Below are positions 35,618 through 59,887 of a stretch of DNA of 64,000 nt, piece after piece. The stretch comes from Bugula neritina (Eukaryota; Animalia; Bryozoa): NCBI GenBank assembly GCA_964035545.1, contig OZ037769.1:9384129-9448128 (forward strand), given 5' to 3'. The translations under genes were made by a program, and so were the position numbers. The first letter of the stretch is position 1, and the number at the start of each line of letters is the position of its first letter. Below the pieces are notes generated by a model that did no database searches, was not told the DNA's origin, and was given only the letters and a program-made list of their open reading frames with translations.

Positions 35618-38600
35618 TTATGGCTTGTACCAATCTGGCTGTCTGCGCTCTCTGGTTGGATAGCGCCTCTCATGAGGATGGACAATATTATTATCAGCTT
35701 GGGGTGTGTTGGGTACCACTGATTTGTTCATATTTGTAGATGGAAGGCGAATTTGAAGCTGATTAGCATGCCTCTTCCAGTTGCCACTGTCTGTTTGTAC
35801 TATGTAGATAGCATTTCCTTGTTTTGATATGATAGTTCCTGGGATCCACTTTGGACCAGTACTGTAGTTACGAGCGTACACTAGTGAGTCAATAGTGAAC
35901 TGTGTTGTCTGTGGCTTGTCATGTTTAGGGTATTTGTGACTAGTAGGTTGGAGAAGGGATAGTAAGCCTCTGGGCTGGCGGCCATGCAGGACTTCTGCAG
36001 GTGTTTTCCATTCCAAAGCAGGATGTGGAATGGTTCTGTATGATGCTAATGTAAGTCTGATACTCTCGTCTAGAGATGCTCCTCCCTCACAATTCTTGTC
36101 CACAGAGCTTTTAAAAGTTCTGACAAACCGTTCAGCTTCACCATTTGAAGGTGGGTGGTATGGAGGTGACAAGATATGGTTGATGTGGAAACTGTTGCAG
36201 AAATTAGTAAATTCCTGGCTGGAAAACTGTGGGCCATTATCTGTAACTATAGTAGCAGGTACACCTTCTATAGCAAAGATATCCTTTAATACTTGTAATG
36301 TTTGGCGAGAAGTTGTCTGCCCTATTTCCATGCGTCCAATATATGGAAATTTTGAACAAGCATCAATGCAGATAAGCCACATTTTTCCTCTAAAAGGTCC
36401 AGCAAAATCTAGATGTATGCGTTCCCATGGCTTGTCTGTCTTGGGCCAGCTTTGAAACTTCTGGTCTGGAGCAGCTGCTGACTCCTGGCATACTTCGCAA
36501 GATTTTATGGCTAGCTCAATATCCGTGTTGATGGTGCTCCACCACACATAGCGGCGAGCTAGTTGCTTTACCTTGACCACACCCCAGTGTGAAGAATGAA
36601 GTGTGTCTAGTATTCTGCATTGAAGTGAACGAGGTATAACTACACGACTTGTTTGTTCGCGTATCAACAACAATACACCTTGTTCAAGTTGCAGGGAGTC
36701 ACGGTGAATCCAGAAAGTGCCCAGTTCTTTGTCATCTGGTTTTGTGACTGGCCAACCTTGCTGAATCCATTTTATGACACGTTGAAGGTGTTGATCTTTG
36801 ACAGTTTCCTGTCTGACCTCATTGTATCCAGCAACAGGTGATGTAAATATTTGCTCTTGTATTGCATGGGATATCTCCTTGTTGTCCTGCTGCTCGATCC
36901 GGTCAAAATTGCTATCAGGACCAAATGGTAACCTCGAAAGACAATCAGCATTCCCATGTTGGGAGGTCTTCCTGTACCTGATAGTAAACTGGAAACCCAT
37001 CAGAGTGAGAGCCCAGCGTTGTAAACGCTGTGCTGTTAAAGTTGGAATATTTTTGCCTGGTGCAAAAATAGTAGTGAGAGGCTCATGGTCTGTGACTAGC
37101 GTAAAATGTCGTCCATATAGGAATTGTCTGAACTTGGTCACACCATATATAATAGAGAGAGCTTCACGTTCAATCTGAGAGTAGTTCTTTTGAGTGTCAG
37201 TCAATGTTTTTGAAGCGTAAGCCACTGGAACTTCTCCCTGATCAGTATCCTGCGAGAGAACAACTCCTAATCCATAGGATGACGCATCGGCTGCAAGAAT
37301 TAGGGGTTTTGTCTCATCATAGTGTGTCAGGCTAGTAGCATTGATAATGCTATTCTTTAGCTGGGTAAAGGCTTGTTCACATTCATTTGACCATGTGAAT
37401 GTGGTATCATTCTTGAGGAGCTTGTAAAGTGGAGCTGCTTTATCCGCAAGATTAGAGATGAAGCGCCCATAGTAGTTAACCTTTCCTAGAAATGCTTGCA
37501 GTTGGTGCAAGTCCTGTGGTCGAGGTAATTGAGAGAGAGCTGCCATGGAAGCAGCTGTTGGTCGTTTGCCATCCTTGTCGATGGTGTGACCCAGATACTC
37601 AACAGAGTGCTTGAAGAATTCACACTTGTCTAATCGTATTCGAAAACCATGCTCTTGAAGTGTTGAAAGCAGGTTTGTCAGATTAGTCCAGTGTTCTTCC
37701 TCCGTTTTACCAGTAATGATTAAATCATCAAGGTATGCAGCAACTCCTGGTAATTTTTGAGTCAAGGTATCCATACACCGTTGAAACTGAGCTGGACCAG
37801 GGGCAATTCCAAAGCACATTCTATTATATTGGTATAATCCGAATGGAGTGTTTATCACACACAGCTGTTTGGCATCATCTTCTAGCTCAAGTTGTAGGTA
37901 AGCATCAGCCAAGTCAAGTTTGGTGAAGAATTTACCTCCTCTAAGCCTGTTCATTAAATCATCCAGTTTTGGTAGTGGATGCTGATCTATGGAGATGCAC
38001 TGATTGAGTCGCTTGAAATCTCCACAGATGCGAACTTTGCCAGACGGTTTGGTAACCACTACTATAGGAGCGGCCCAGTTACTGAAGTTAATACGTTGTA
38101 TGACACCTTCAGCTTCAAGCCTGTTTAATTCAGCCCTAGTGGCCTCATGTTGAGAATAGGGGATTTCTCTAGGTTTAGAAAAACAAGGTTTATGTTCTGA
38201 TTTGAGGTAAATTGGTACTTTGAATGTTTTACAATGTCCTATTCCAGGTTTGAAAACATCAGGATATTTTGTTGTGAGAACTTTGACCTTGGTATCAACA
38301 TTGTGTACTGCGTTAGTAACCTCGGTGTCACTGTCTACAGCAGATAGACCTTGTTGTGATAGTCCAAAACTGTCACTCCAGTCTACACCCAGTAAGTTGA
38401 CACCTTCATCTGAGTCTACTATTAATAATCGAAGATTGTTTTTTGTAGTCTGACCAATGGTTACTGTTACATAGCATTCACCACGTACCTGCATAGCGGT
38501 ATTTCCATATGAATGAAGGGTCGTGTCTGTCTGTTGATATGGTGGAGAGCCTAGGGCTTCGTAGCCTTTGTTCCCTACCATAGAACAAGTAGCGCCTGTG

Positions 38601-39661
38601 TCCCACTGAAATTGTGTTTGTTTATTGTTCACAGTAGTGTTAATCCATATTTGTTTCCCCTTGCGTTCATATATATTGTAAACACTACTTGAAGATTCTT
38701 CTACGAAGTGAGAGTTGTTCCCACTTGATTTTGATGAAGTTTTGCAGACGCTAGAAATATGTCCTGTTTTGTTGCACAGCTTACATTGTTTGTTACGGTG
38801 AGGACATTGTTTACGATCGTGGCTAATGTAGCATTGTGGACACGATTTCAACTTAGAAGGCTGTGTTGGCATAGCAGTCTGGTTTTCAGACTTGCGGAAT
38901 TGTGGTCCCTTGCCCTGACTACCTTTGTTTTGACGTTTGTATGTTGAGGACATTTGATTTGTGGTAACAGGTGTAGAGGTCTCACCCTTCAAAACTTTAT
39001 CAGTTTCTGCTGTTTGAATGTATGTAGCTGCCTTCTTTAACACATTTTCCAGTGTAGGATCTGGATCCAATAAGCATTGTCTACGTACATCAGCATGTGG
39101 AGTTTCTTTAATAATTATGTCACGAATTTGATCATCAACATAACTTTCACCACAGTCTTCCTTTTTACAGGTAAAATTGCAGTTACGAGCTAAACCCCGT
39201 AAATCAGCTGCCCAATCTGAGTATGACTGGTTAGGTTTCATTTTACAGTTATAAAACTGATATCTAGCTGCTTGCACATGTTTTGTTTCAATAAAATGTG
39301 TGCTAAGCTTACCTGCTAGATTATCGAACGACATGGTAGTTATGTCCTCCGAGCCATACAGTTTTGTCAGCAATTCATAACATTCTGAGCCAATCCATGA
39401 AAGTAAGCAAGCTCGTTTTTGTTCACTGTCACTTACGTTGTAAACGGTAAAGTGTTGATTGAGCCGCTGTAAATACTGAGTCCATGATTCCTTGTCTCTG
39501 TCATAAGAGTCGAATCTAGGCACAGTTACAGATTTATTTTGTGCAGGTTCACCAGGCTTTACAGCTGTAGTAAATTGTCCCAGTATTTGAGCGAATTGCT
39601 CCATCTGCTGCTGCTGTTGTTGCTGCATTGTTGTTACAAGTTGTTTTATAACTTCCTCCAT
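35618..39661 (-). CDS. Gag-Pol polyprotein (gag, 2 CCHC knuckles, protease, RT, RNase H, integrase)
   Basis: 1347-aa uninterrupted ORF: CPQCYISHDRKQC and CKLCNKTGHISSVC, WDTGA, YLDD, ADASSYG, H..H...CEVC, HLDFAGP/TDNG/GEAER; PR-RT-RH-IN order indicates Gypsy. Confidence 0.96.
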   Translation of the reverse strand: MEEVIKQLVTTMQQQQQQQMEQFAQILGQFTTAVKPGEPAQNKSVTVPRFDSYDRDKESWTQYLQRLNQHFTVYNVSDSEQKRACLLSWIGSECYELLTKLYGSEDITTMSFDNLAGKLSTHFIETKHVQAARYQFYNCKMKPNQSYSDWAADLRGLARNCNFTCKKEDCGESYVDDQIRDIIIKETPHADVRRQCLLDPDPTLENVLKKAATYIQTAETDKVLKGETSTPVTTNQMSSTYKRQNKGSQGKGPQFRKSENQTAMPTQPSKLKSCPQCYISHDRKQCPHRNKQCKLCNKTGHISSVCKTSSKSSGNNSHFVEESSSSVYNIYERKGKQIWINTTVNNKQTQFQWDTGATCSMVGNKGYEALGSPPYQQTDTTLHSYGNTAMQVRGECYVTVTIGQTTKNNLRLLIVDSDEGVNLLGVDWSDSFGLSQQGLSAVDSDTEVTNAVHNVDTKVKVLTTKYPDVFKPGIGHCKTFKVPIYLKSEHKPCFSKPREIPYSQHEATRAELNRLEAEGVIQRINFSNWAAPIVVVTKPSGKVRICGDFKRLNQCISIDQHPLPKLDDLMNRLRGGKFFTKLDLADAYLQLELEDDAKQLCVINTPFGLYQYNRMCFGIAPGPAQFQRCMDTLTQKLPGVAAYLDDLIITGKTEEEHWTNLTNLLSTLQEHGFRIRLDKCEFFKHSVEYLGHTIDKDGKRPTAASMAALSQLPRPQDLHQLQAFLGKVNYYGRFISNLADKAAPLYKLLKNDTTFTWSNECEQAFTQLKNSIINATSLTHYDETKPLILAADASSYGLGVVLSQDTDQGEVPVAYASKTLTDTQKNYSQIEREALSIIYGVTKFRQFLYGRHFTLVTDHEPLTTIFAPGKNIPTLTAQRLQRWALTLMGFQFTIRYRKTSQHGNADCLSRLPFGPDSNFDRIEQQDNKEISHAIQEQIFTSPVAGYNEVRQETVKDQHLQRVIKWIQQGWPVTKPDDKELGTFWIHRDSLQLEQGVLLLIREQTSRVVIPRSLQCRILDTLHSSHWGVVKVKQLARRYVWWSTINTDIELAIKSCEVCQESAAAPDQKFQSWPKTDKPWERIHLDFAGPFRGKMWLICIDACSKFPYIGRMEIGQTTSRQTLQVLKDIFAIEGVPATIVTDNGPQFSSQEFTNFCNSFHINHILSPPYHPPSNGEAERFVRTFKSSVDKNCEGGASLDESIRLTLASYRTIPHPALEWKTPAEVLHGRQPRGLLSLLQPTSHKYPKHDKPQTTQFTIDSLVYARNYSTGPKWIPGTIISKQGNAIYIVQTDSGNWKRHANQLQIRLPSTNMNKSVVPNTPQADNNIVHPHERRYPTRERRQPDWYKP

Positions 39662-39684
39662 TTCAAAATGATATGGTTGTATTT

Positions 39685-39702
39685 ATCCCAGTTCTGACAC
39701 CA
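39685..39702 (-). other. Primer-binding site complementary to the tRNA-Leu 3' end
   Basis: TGGTGTCAGAACTGGGAT 2 nt after the 5' LTR; one mismatch to the remembered Leu PBS TGGTGTCAGAAGTGGGAT. Confidence 0.8.
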
Positions 39703-39704
39703 GT

Positions 39705-39954
39705 TGTTGTATTTTTTTTTAGAGTAGAATGTATGACTGTATTGTATTGAAGCTAACAAGTAACTGACATAAAAATACATGTAGATAAACAGTGACAGAA
39801 TAACAACTGGCTTGTATATTGATATGGCAAAAACTGTATATAATGAGTTTAAACAAATAGACATTAGAATAAAAAGTAACCGAGCACATAAAATGTGGTA
39901 TGTCATAATATGCATCTATGTGGTGTATTGACAAGGCTAGTTCAATACATAGCA
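39705..39954 (-). repeat. 5' LTR
   Basis: Direct repeat of 34889-35138. Confidence 0.95.
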
Positions 39955-40721
39955 CTTTATGCTTCCTGTTCTTATATAATTACTTTCAAGTTGTCGAACA
40001 AAAATCACAGAGAATTATTTTATAATAAATTGCTGCAACAAAAAATTCAAAATGTAGAGAAAAGTACAATTAAATCATTACATAGGCAGATGCATATGTT
40101 GAGCTGGAAAATAAGAAAATTTAAAAATTATAATTAGTTTAATTTGTGTAAGTCGTAACTTGAATTTATCAAAAATTAGGTCTAGTCAATTTTGCTTACC
40201 GGCAGGAAATTCATTTGAATTTTATTAAAAAAATTTTTGCTCGACAAGTGTTGCTTGTATGGTTTGGTTTGTATTTAAATTAGTATGTGTGCGATGCAGA
40301 TTAATGGTGTAAGGGTAGTTCTCAGAATATATAAGCCTTTGTGAGGCAAATTTGGGAGTTACTTTCAAAAAAAATAAACTTATAGTTGTTTTGTTTATAT
40401 GCAATAAAAGTCTATTTAACAACATTATAAAGAAAAACATCATAACAACAATAAAATATTGTAAAAGTAAGATCAAACTTTAATAAAAAATAATATGCTA
40501 TCTTTTGAATTGTGCTGTGCTGGCTATGCTGGCAATTCATGCATACCTATCGCAAACATCAAAAACAATTTGAAAAAAATCACAGTCTAATGTACTCACT
40601 CACACGGCTTCCCATAAGTAGTTGCTAGTGGTAGTTTATTTATTTCTGGATTTTTGCAGGTTTTAATACATAATACTATAGCATCAATACTACTCTAAAA
40701 CTGGTATTCTAAAATATAAGT

Positions 40722-40892
<171 letters not shown>

Positions 40893-43650
40893 GGTAATAG
40901 TGGAAGAAATGGAAAATATTTTCAATATTGAAGTTGAAGATTTGGGGTTGGGGTTCAGGATGCGGAGTTTGAGAAAATTAAAGTAAAAATAGTTTTGAGA
41001 TTTTAAGTAAAAATGGCACACCAGTGTGCCGTTTTTACTTCAAATCAGAACAGGTTTTTCTCGCTAAATAATTCATTCAGTGTGGAGAAAGACACCATAT
41101 TTTTGATCGATGCCACAACTTTCATGTAACTTTGAAAACATTGATGCTGCAATGCAAAGCAATGATAAGATATGATTGCACTCTTGTATTTTTAAGTTCA
41201 GATTATTTAGTTTAACAAATATATTTACTTGTATTATGTATGTATAGTACTTTATACAGATTGGCTTGCATGGCTGCTAAAAGGCCTGTTGGTTTTTGTA
41301 AACTGTTTGACTTCGATTCGAAAGTAACACAGAGAGCAGTTAGCGTAGAGTAATTACTGAACACATTTATGTAGAAGTAGACTAAGATTGCAGAGTATAG
41401 TTTGATTAAATGGATCAACTAAGATGAAGGTTTATAGATATACATATACACATGTGATTTGCAAGAGCTCAAAAAGCCTTCAATAAACTGCGACAAATTT
41501 TAAAATCCGAATTTCCCCTAAAGAACCCAAATTCCTCCCTAGGGAAGAATTCCCCCCAGTTTGGGAACCACTGCCCTAGAGGGACTTGTGAAAAGGGTCT
41601 ATTTACATTATCCCGACTAACCAAGCTCTAGAGTCTAGCATCAAACCACATGACTGCAAGTAGAAGGTCAAGTGCAGAATAATAACCAAATGTAAAAGAA
41701 AATTGCTAAAACTACAATACACATAAAAACCCTATTTGTAACATTTTAGTTGCAACCTCTAAGTATCTCCATCTTTATAATGTTTAGGTTTAAAAATAAT
41801 ATACAGATACTGTAAGTTGGAAACCAGTTTTTGTATGACAGAGTTTTCCCCTCTTTAAATGATGCACAATAGTCATATTATTACATTCTATAGAAAGAGT
41901 CAAAATATTTTTTTATAATAGAAAATACATACTGTATTTTTATTAAAATAATTTCTTAAATAAATAATAAAATAAATTTACGTTATAAAAGTTGTTCTGT
42001 TTTTTGACTTATTGCACACACCGATACTTGGAGTCGTCATCATCAACTCCATCATCAAGCTTCACTGTTATCGAAGCTAACTTTTATAAAAAATAACTTA
42101 GAAATTAGTTGACAATAAAAATAATGGCATTGTCACAGTAGTTTTGCCATTGTTTTTCAATGTGAAAAGTCTGCAATACTGACGGAGTGTTACTGTTAGC
42201 TATCTCAATCTGTGCTCTTCAAACTTGGATATACATGCTGAACCCAATGCGATATGCAGCTAGTGCTACACCTTCACCTTGAAGTTGAATTCGAAAAAAT
42301 TAAAAAGTAACTAGACTACTATAACTATTTTTTTATTATCAACTTTGAAGTTCAAATTGATATTCATATTATGATTTAAGTTATTGTTTTATAATGAATG
42401 ATAATATTTAAGAATAACTAACAATAACTGTAAGTCACTAAGTGTAACACTAACTCAACTATAAGTTTAAAAATAAATGGTTTTTTTTCCAGTAAATCAA
42501 AATGAAAATTTGCTTCACTAAAAAGTAAGTTACTTTAAGTCTAATACAAATAGTAATACTAATACAGTAATAGTAATACTAATAGTAATTGTAAAAGTTT
42601 AAAGTAAAAGTATAATAGTTTATACTAATAACATATTGGTATTACTATTAGTATTACTATTAGTTATTTTAGTATAACTATAAGTATTAGTAATGCTAAT
42701 AGTAATAGTAATACGGATAGCAATAGTCAAAAGGACAATAACTATCACAAAATCAAAATGACAATGTTGATTAGTTTTTTGAGTTATCACTATCAGTATC
42801 ACAATCATTTAAATATACACTAATTTTTACAAAACATTTAATTTTATGTTTTAGTTTATAAAAATGGTAATCCTAATGATGATAATGATGATAATTCAAT
42901 TAAACATAAAATTAAAGTCACTATGACTGTTGAAATTTACTTGCACTTAGCCACCCAGTTACTAGTAATATTACTATTAGTATTTCACTATTAGTGTTGA
43001 TAAAGTTTAGTTGTGTCGCTCTTCCACTTTCCCAAGCCTTTTTAGTAGTCTTAGTTAGCCTTTGCCCCTTAGTTAATATTTATACTCAGAACAGTACATG
43101 CAGGTGCATCAAACCAGCATAATCATAGTTTAAATTAATCATTAGTTATTGTAATACAACTCAAATATATATGTGAGATAGGAAACGGCGTCTAAGCTAA
43201 TATAGTTTATAAGCTGTAAAAGTTCAAGTTTCGTATGATCATTATGAAAATTGTTAGTGTCCTTAATATTTTTTCTAATGAACATGTTGGAATTTTTTTG
43301 CGGTTAGCCCCTGTGGGTATTACTAATGGCGGAGCTAAACTCAGTAGTTGCCAACTAATTTAAATTTAGATTTTAGGATCGCATAGTGATAGTCTATTTT
43401 TTTATAGTATTCAATTTAGTAATGACTGGTTTGCTTCTAGTCCAACTTTAATCTTAGTTTTACTCTTAGTATTTATTATAACATGAAATTATTTGTTATT
43501 GGGTTTCGTTTGATTTAAACTGGTTTACTCCAATTTCATTTTCAGCTTCAACCTGAAAAACTCATTGACTATCTCTACTTTATTACCTATATTTAATTAT
43601 TTTGAATTTAATTTTTATTTTAATATCAATATTTACTAGGGACATACACA

Positions 43651-55136
<11,486 letters not shown>

Positions 55137-56888
55137 CATATTAGTCACCTGCATCTCAGCTGTTTAGTAATAAGCTGAAGCTATAAGTTAATTAACTGTC
55201 ACAGAGGAGTTTATTCTCCTAGTTGGGCATAATTTGATGCACTGTATCTTAGTGGCCAGCTCCAGTATAAATTGGTTTCATAACAGCCATTGTAAAATAT
55301 TTGTATTTATTTTGGTTTTTCATGTTATGTTGACTGAATCATGATTTGTGAGTTTTTATCTTTCAAAATCTGTCTCTAATGAAAACTTCACCAGGATTAT
55401 TCCAAGACACATGACTCATCAAATGAAAATATCATATGCTTGTGTCATATTGTTAGTGAAGGTTACTTTTAGCAACACTGAGCAATACTACGATATGGAT
55501 CTCCTACAATATATGTTGAAAGTTGCATATTTGCACCCTATACCATCTGGCATAGGTTGTCTGAAATATACTTTATTTTGTGTAATTCGCTAATTTGGAC
55601 CTCGCAGATTTCTTAAGCATGCTGATATTTTTTATTACATGTTTTTAAGATAAAAAGTAAAGTAATGTAAAGTAAATAATATAATTAGTAAAGAATCAGT
55701 GCAACATGGAGAGAACAGTGCCTACAAATACTTGATGCTATGTGTGTAACCTTGACTGTAACGCTCTTGTCTGGTGCTTCTAGTCTGTGTAAAAGAGTTG
55801 GACCAGTCTACCAGTGTTAAGGTTAATGTCAATCATTTAGGCAACAACTAAAGATCAGCATAAGTATAATTGAATCACGCAGCCTTGAAATGGTACAGCA
55901 CCCAAACATATTTTCAATTATTTCCTGGTACCACATTTATTATCACAAAACTTCTTTTAACATAAATTATAATTGGTCTTTGCAAAATATTGTTTTCAAA
56001 CAGTTTATGCCCTATTTTTATTGAAAACACAAAAGCTGCAAGTTCTGTAAAATTCACAAAATTTCACCAAAGCAACTGAAAATACTTTCAGATGCACAAA
56101 ACTAATGCATGAGAGCAATATTACTGTAATTTACAATCTTACTGCAGATGCAGTGCAAGTCAGAACTACATAAAATGAATAATTTGCTGGGCTTTGCTTT
56201 GGGGAAGTTTTGTTGATTTAACCAATTTTGTTAATATTGCCCTTCAGGTTCTTAATTTCTGTTTAAACAAAATAAATTCAATGGCTGTAAAATATCATGT
56301 TGCTGTAGCCTGTAATAATGTAATGAGTAGAGAATGCAACTGTGACTATATGGTCATATATTTTAGTTGTTGGGTATTGCACATGATAATGGATAACACG
56401 TACATAATATGTATAGGAGTAGGAGCTAAAGCATATAGCTTGTCTAAAGTTTAAATTAAGTAAAGCCTGCAAGGGATGCATGTTATTTGCCATAAACTAT
56501 AAGTTCCATTATCATCTTAATTTCTCTTGTTTGCTTCACCCTGACTACTATGAGTGGCATACATGTACTGGGTGTATAAAATGCATACATACATGTATAT
56601 ATTATTACAATATTGGCTTAGTGTACCCAGCAAAGGATATTGTATTAATAATATTAGAGCCTATAAATTTACTTGATGCATACATTATATATTTTAATGG
56701 TTTTTACAACAGTACTTATGCTGATATATTATGTCTGTATATCCAAATTAACTGTGTTTGTAGGATTTCTTTTATATCTATGGACTATGATGTAATCAAA
56801 CATAATTATTTTGTTTTCCTTTTAAATTTTGAAAATAGTAGTCAGTTTCTATAACAGTCAACATCCACAACATAAGCTTTCAAATAAA

Positions 56889-58473
56889 CTATAAATATAT
56901 GGTAGCATATTGGCTTTGAAAGCTCAGAGGGATGTTCAGCTTCTCTCTTGTTGGAAAAACTATTAGATTGTTCAGTTCTCTTGCTAAAATATCTAATGTG
57001 TTTTTGAAAGCTTTGCTTGCTAGCAATCTAGAGATATAAAAAAGGTCAGCAAGTATTTGAAACTGTAAACCTTGACGCAGCTTCATCAAAGCCAATAAAA
57101 GTTTATCTTGTCTTGTTAACTTTTTTCTGAGAGTGAGAACTTTCATCTTCAGACATATAAATCTAAATATAGAAAATAAAGAATGAAAATTAAATTATGA
57201 TTCAAATTATAATGTATGTGCTAAATAAATTTTGGGCTTAGTTTGTATTCATTCAGCAGTTTTTACCCTCTGGTAAGTAGCTTCAGTTATATTTTGCAAC
57301 AACTTTGAAGTTCAAGAACTGCTAGCTGAAGGCTTGACCCAATATATCACTATCCAAACAGAATGTAATGTGTGTCAACATGTGTTACATAATATTGTAA
57401 CAGTACATGGTAAGCTAGTTGTATGAATACATGCTTTGAATGAAGTTATGAGTTTAAACAAATAGTGTTGACAAACAATTATTACTTCATTTTATAATTA
57501 TACTATAACTAATTCAAACCCATATTATTTCTAGAATAGCATTTAATAATGTTTGTGAATAAGTGAAACTAGTAACAAGTGTAAACCATTTTAGTTTTAA
57601 ACACTGAGTTAGTTTCAGCTAAAAATTAGATTAGGAGGCCACTTTTGATAAGCTTTAAAATAACCAAAGAAAATTTAAGTCAAAACAATTTACTTTTCCT
57701 GGAGAAAGTGAGTCAATTTGTCCACAAATAAAAGCAGACTGCTGCTTGTTTAAATAAAACCCTAAACTAAATAAGTCAAAGCATACAGATGACCACTGTG
57801 GTATTTATGAATATCTTACATAAAACAACATCTTTAATAAAAAATGTATGAATGATGTACTCACACTGCAACAAATTTAATTAAAATGACAGTTTTACTA
57901 CACATCAAATTTAATCAATGTAGAAATTTTAGCATAGTGAGACTTGCATTGTTTATTTGTACTAAACCATAGTCTATCTTTGCAATAAGAAAATTATAAT
58001 TTTTACCTTGCTAAAAAATAGTATAGAGAACGTGTAGGTATTCCAGTATAGAATTTAGTTTGCTCATCTGTAGTGGTGAAAGTTTTAAAAACTTTTACTT
58101 TTTCAATAGTTGCTTTTTGTTTAAACGTGGAACTTTTTGAGCCTTTTCTTCCAACTTTTGATTTTCGTCTATCAATAGAATGTGCAGATCTTTTTTTCTG
58201 AGTAGTTGATGATTCTGGTAACTCAGTTACTTCTGGTGAAGTCTGACTATGAGGATGGCTGTCAGATGAGTTCTGTTGCTCTATATCAGCTGACTCTGTT
58301 GATAACGTTTTCTGTTTGCTTCCTTCACATGTTTCATTAAAACCACTGTTTTTTGTGAGTCTTACATTATATGCTTTAGTGCGTTGGTAACTCAAATGAA
58401 AGGTTGGAGTTGGATTTTGCTCAGTGGACTGACCATCCTTATGATTATGATAGTCTGCTATGCTCTCTGTAAT
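56889..58473 (-). pseudogene. Fragment of a spliced THAP + HTH (ISL2EU/PIF-Harbinger-type) transposase gene, DDE domain missing
   Basis: DGQSTEQNPTPTFHLSY (THAP tail), TKFYTGIP, then an in-frame GT-AG intron (58006-57163), then LLLALMKLRQGLQFQILADLFYIS...LIVFP (HTH_Tnp_4-like); stop at 56889. Confidence 0.72.
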
Positions 58474-59624
58474 CTACAGCCACCATTGGTGACTGATGAA
58501 ATTTAGAATTTGAAGTAAAAATGTGTTATTTTTACCTGTGCCATTATATAGAAATGTATATCTAGCTTTTATATAATATTCTTGTAATTTTTCATCATAG
58601 CAAGAACTAAATTACATTGTTTCCACACTAATATTTCATATATTTATAGTTTATTTGAAAGCTTACGTTGTTTATTGTGGATGCAGTTAACTGCTGCAGA
58701 AACTGACTACTATTTTCAAAATTTAAAAGGAAAACAAATTCTTGGTGCAGAAGTGGCAGAATATGTAATACAATTTTTTCAAATTGAAAGTAAGAAATGG
58801 GGTCATTTCAGCATTCATAAGCTGCACATAATAGCTTATGTGTATATTTATACGGTGTGGACTTGCTATTACTGCGAGCAACAATATTACCAGCATGGGT
58901 GGTTGATTTAACCTCTTAGTAGTTCCCATGGCTTACATACAATAAAATTCTAGTTGAGTAGAATATTTACTATTGTAAAGTACAAAACAAATGACCAGAA
59001 TATTTCATTTGTTAAACAGAAATTTTGTAATACTACTGTGGATTGGCTACTGTACATTAGCTAGATGTAGGCGGAGTCTACACTACCTAGCCATCCAGAT
59101 GCATATACTAAAGGGCCATTCAAAAACCAGCCAATCAAAGTCATGTACCAAATTCACAGATGTTTACTGCAAGCTTCCAATGCTAAACAATAACCCATTC
59201 AAGCTGCAACAACAAATAACTACTAAGCTGGCAGTTATGTAATAATTGGCCTTAAGTTGCAAAAGTGTACCAGGTCATTTTTCCAGACATGCAATTTTTA
59301 ATTGCGTTTTATAAACACTTAATTTAGACATTTTGAAAAATCATTTCAAGAGTCATCAATTTAAGATATGAAATTAAATAATGCATGAAAAAAAAGTTGC
59401 ACAACTAGCTTTTAGAAGCATGCATTTTGCAATTGAACTTGCAGAATTTTATATCAGTTGCAATGGTAAGACATTGACCTGGTACACTTCGCTGATTGGC
59501 TGAGTTTTACATGGTCTATTGTAGTAGCACTACAGCAAGTTTAAATGGCATTGTATTTTATCGGTTTTTAACATAAGATTAAAACTCAAATACTTCATAA
59601 CCAAATAAAGGTGTCAGATAAAAT

Positions 59625-59887
59625 TGGCACAGGTAAAAATATCGCAAATAAAAATGGCTCAGTAAATATGATGTGGGCAATAATGGCATGGATGAAAAAT
59701 TAGGTAAAATGGCACATTTTCAATATTGGGGTTTGTGTTGGGGGTTAATTGGGATTGGGGTTTCAAGTTAGGAGGTTTGAATTTGGGGTTTTAGTTTGGG
59801 GGTTGGGGGGGGTTAGTATTGAGGGTTTGGGAAAATTTAACATCAGTGCGTGTCATTTTTGCTACTTTTCCAGTTTTACCTGCGCCA
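59625..59887. mobile_element. Small TIR-like element with AAAATGGCAC subterminal repeats and a GGGGTT-rich core; related partial copy at about 40890-41040
   Basis: TGGCACAGGTAAAA / TTTTACCTGCGCCA inverted ends; shares TTTTCAATATTG...TTTGGGGTTGGGG and AAAATGGCACA with the 40.9-kb copy. Confidence 0.55.

Larger units (their letters stand above)
34889..39954 (-). mobile_element. Full-length Gypsy/Ty3 LTR retrotransposon (Mag-type)
   Basis: 250-bp TG...CA LTRs at 34889-35138 and 39705-39954, 5-bp TSD CTTTA (34884-34888, 39955-39959), PBS, PPT, intact gag-pol. Confidence 0.96.

Noticed and set aside
36030-38947. Plus-strand ORFs inside the Gypsy element, and antisense ORFs over DRG1 and 4E-T exons
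   Set aside because: Shadow ORFs opposite real coding sequence
41551-41573. hAT-like terminus (GTTTGGGAACCACTG)
   Set aside because: No matching left TIR or TSD found, so no element can be delimited
56281-56360. MAVKYHVAVACNN...CNC as the displaced THAP N-terminus
   Set aside because: Similarity too weak to support by eye; needs an HMM search
59725-59832. Telomere-like GGGGTT tract
   Set aside because: Irregular, and enclosed in a TIR-like dispersed element; not a true telomeric array
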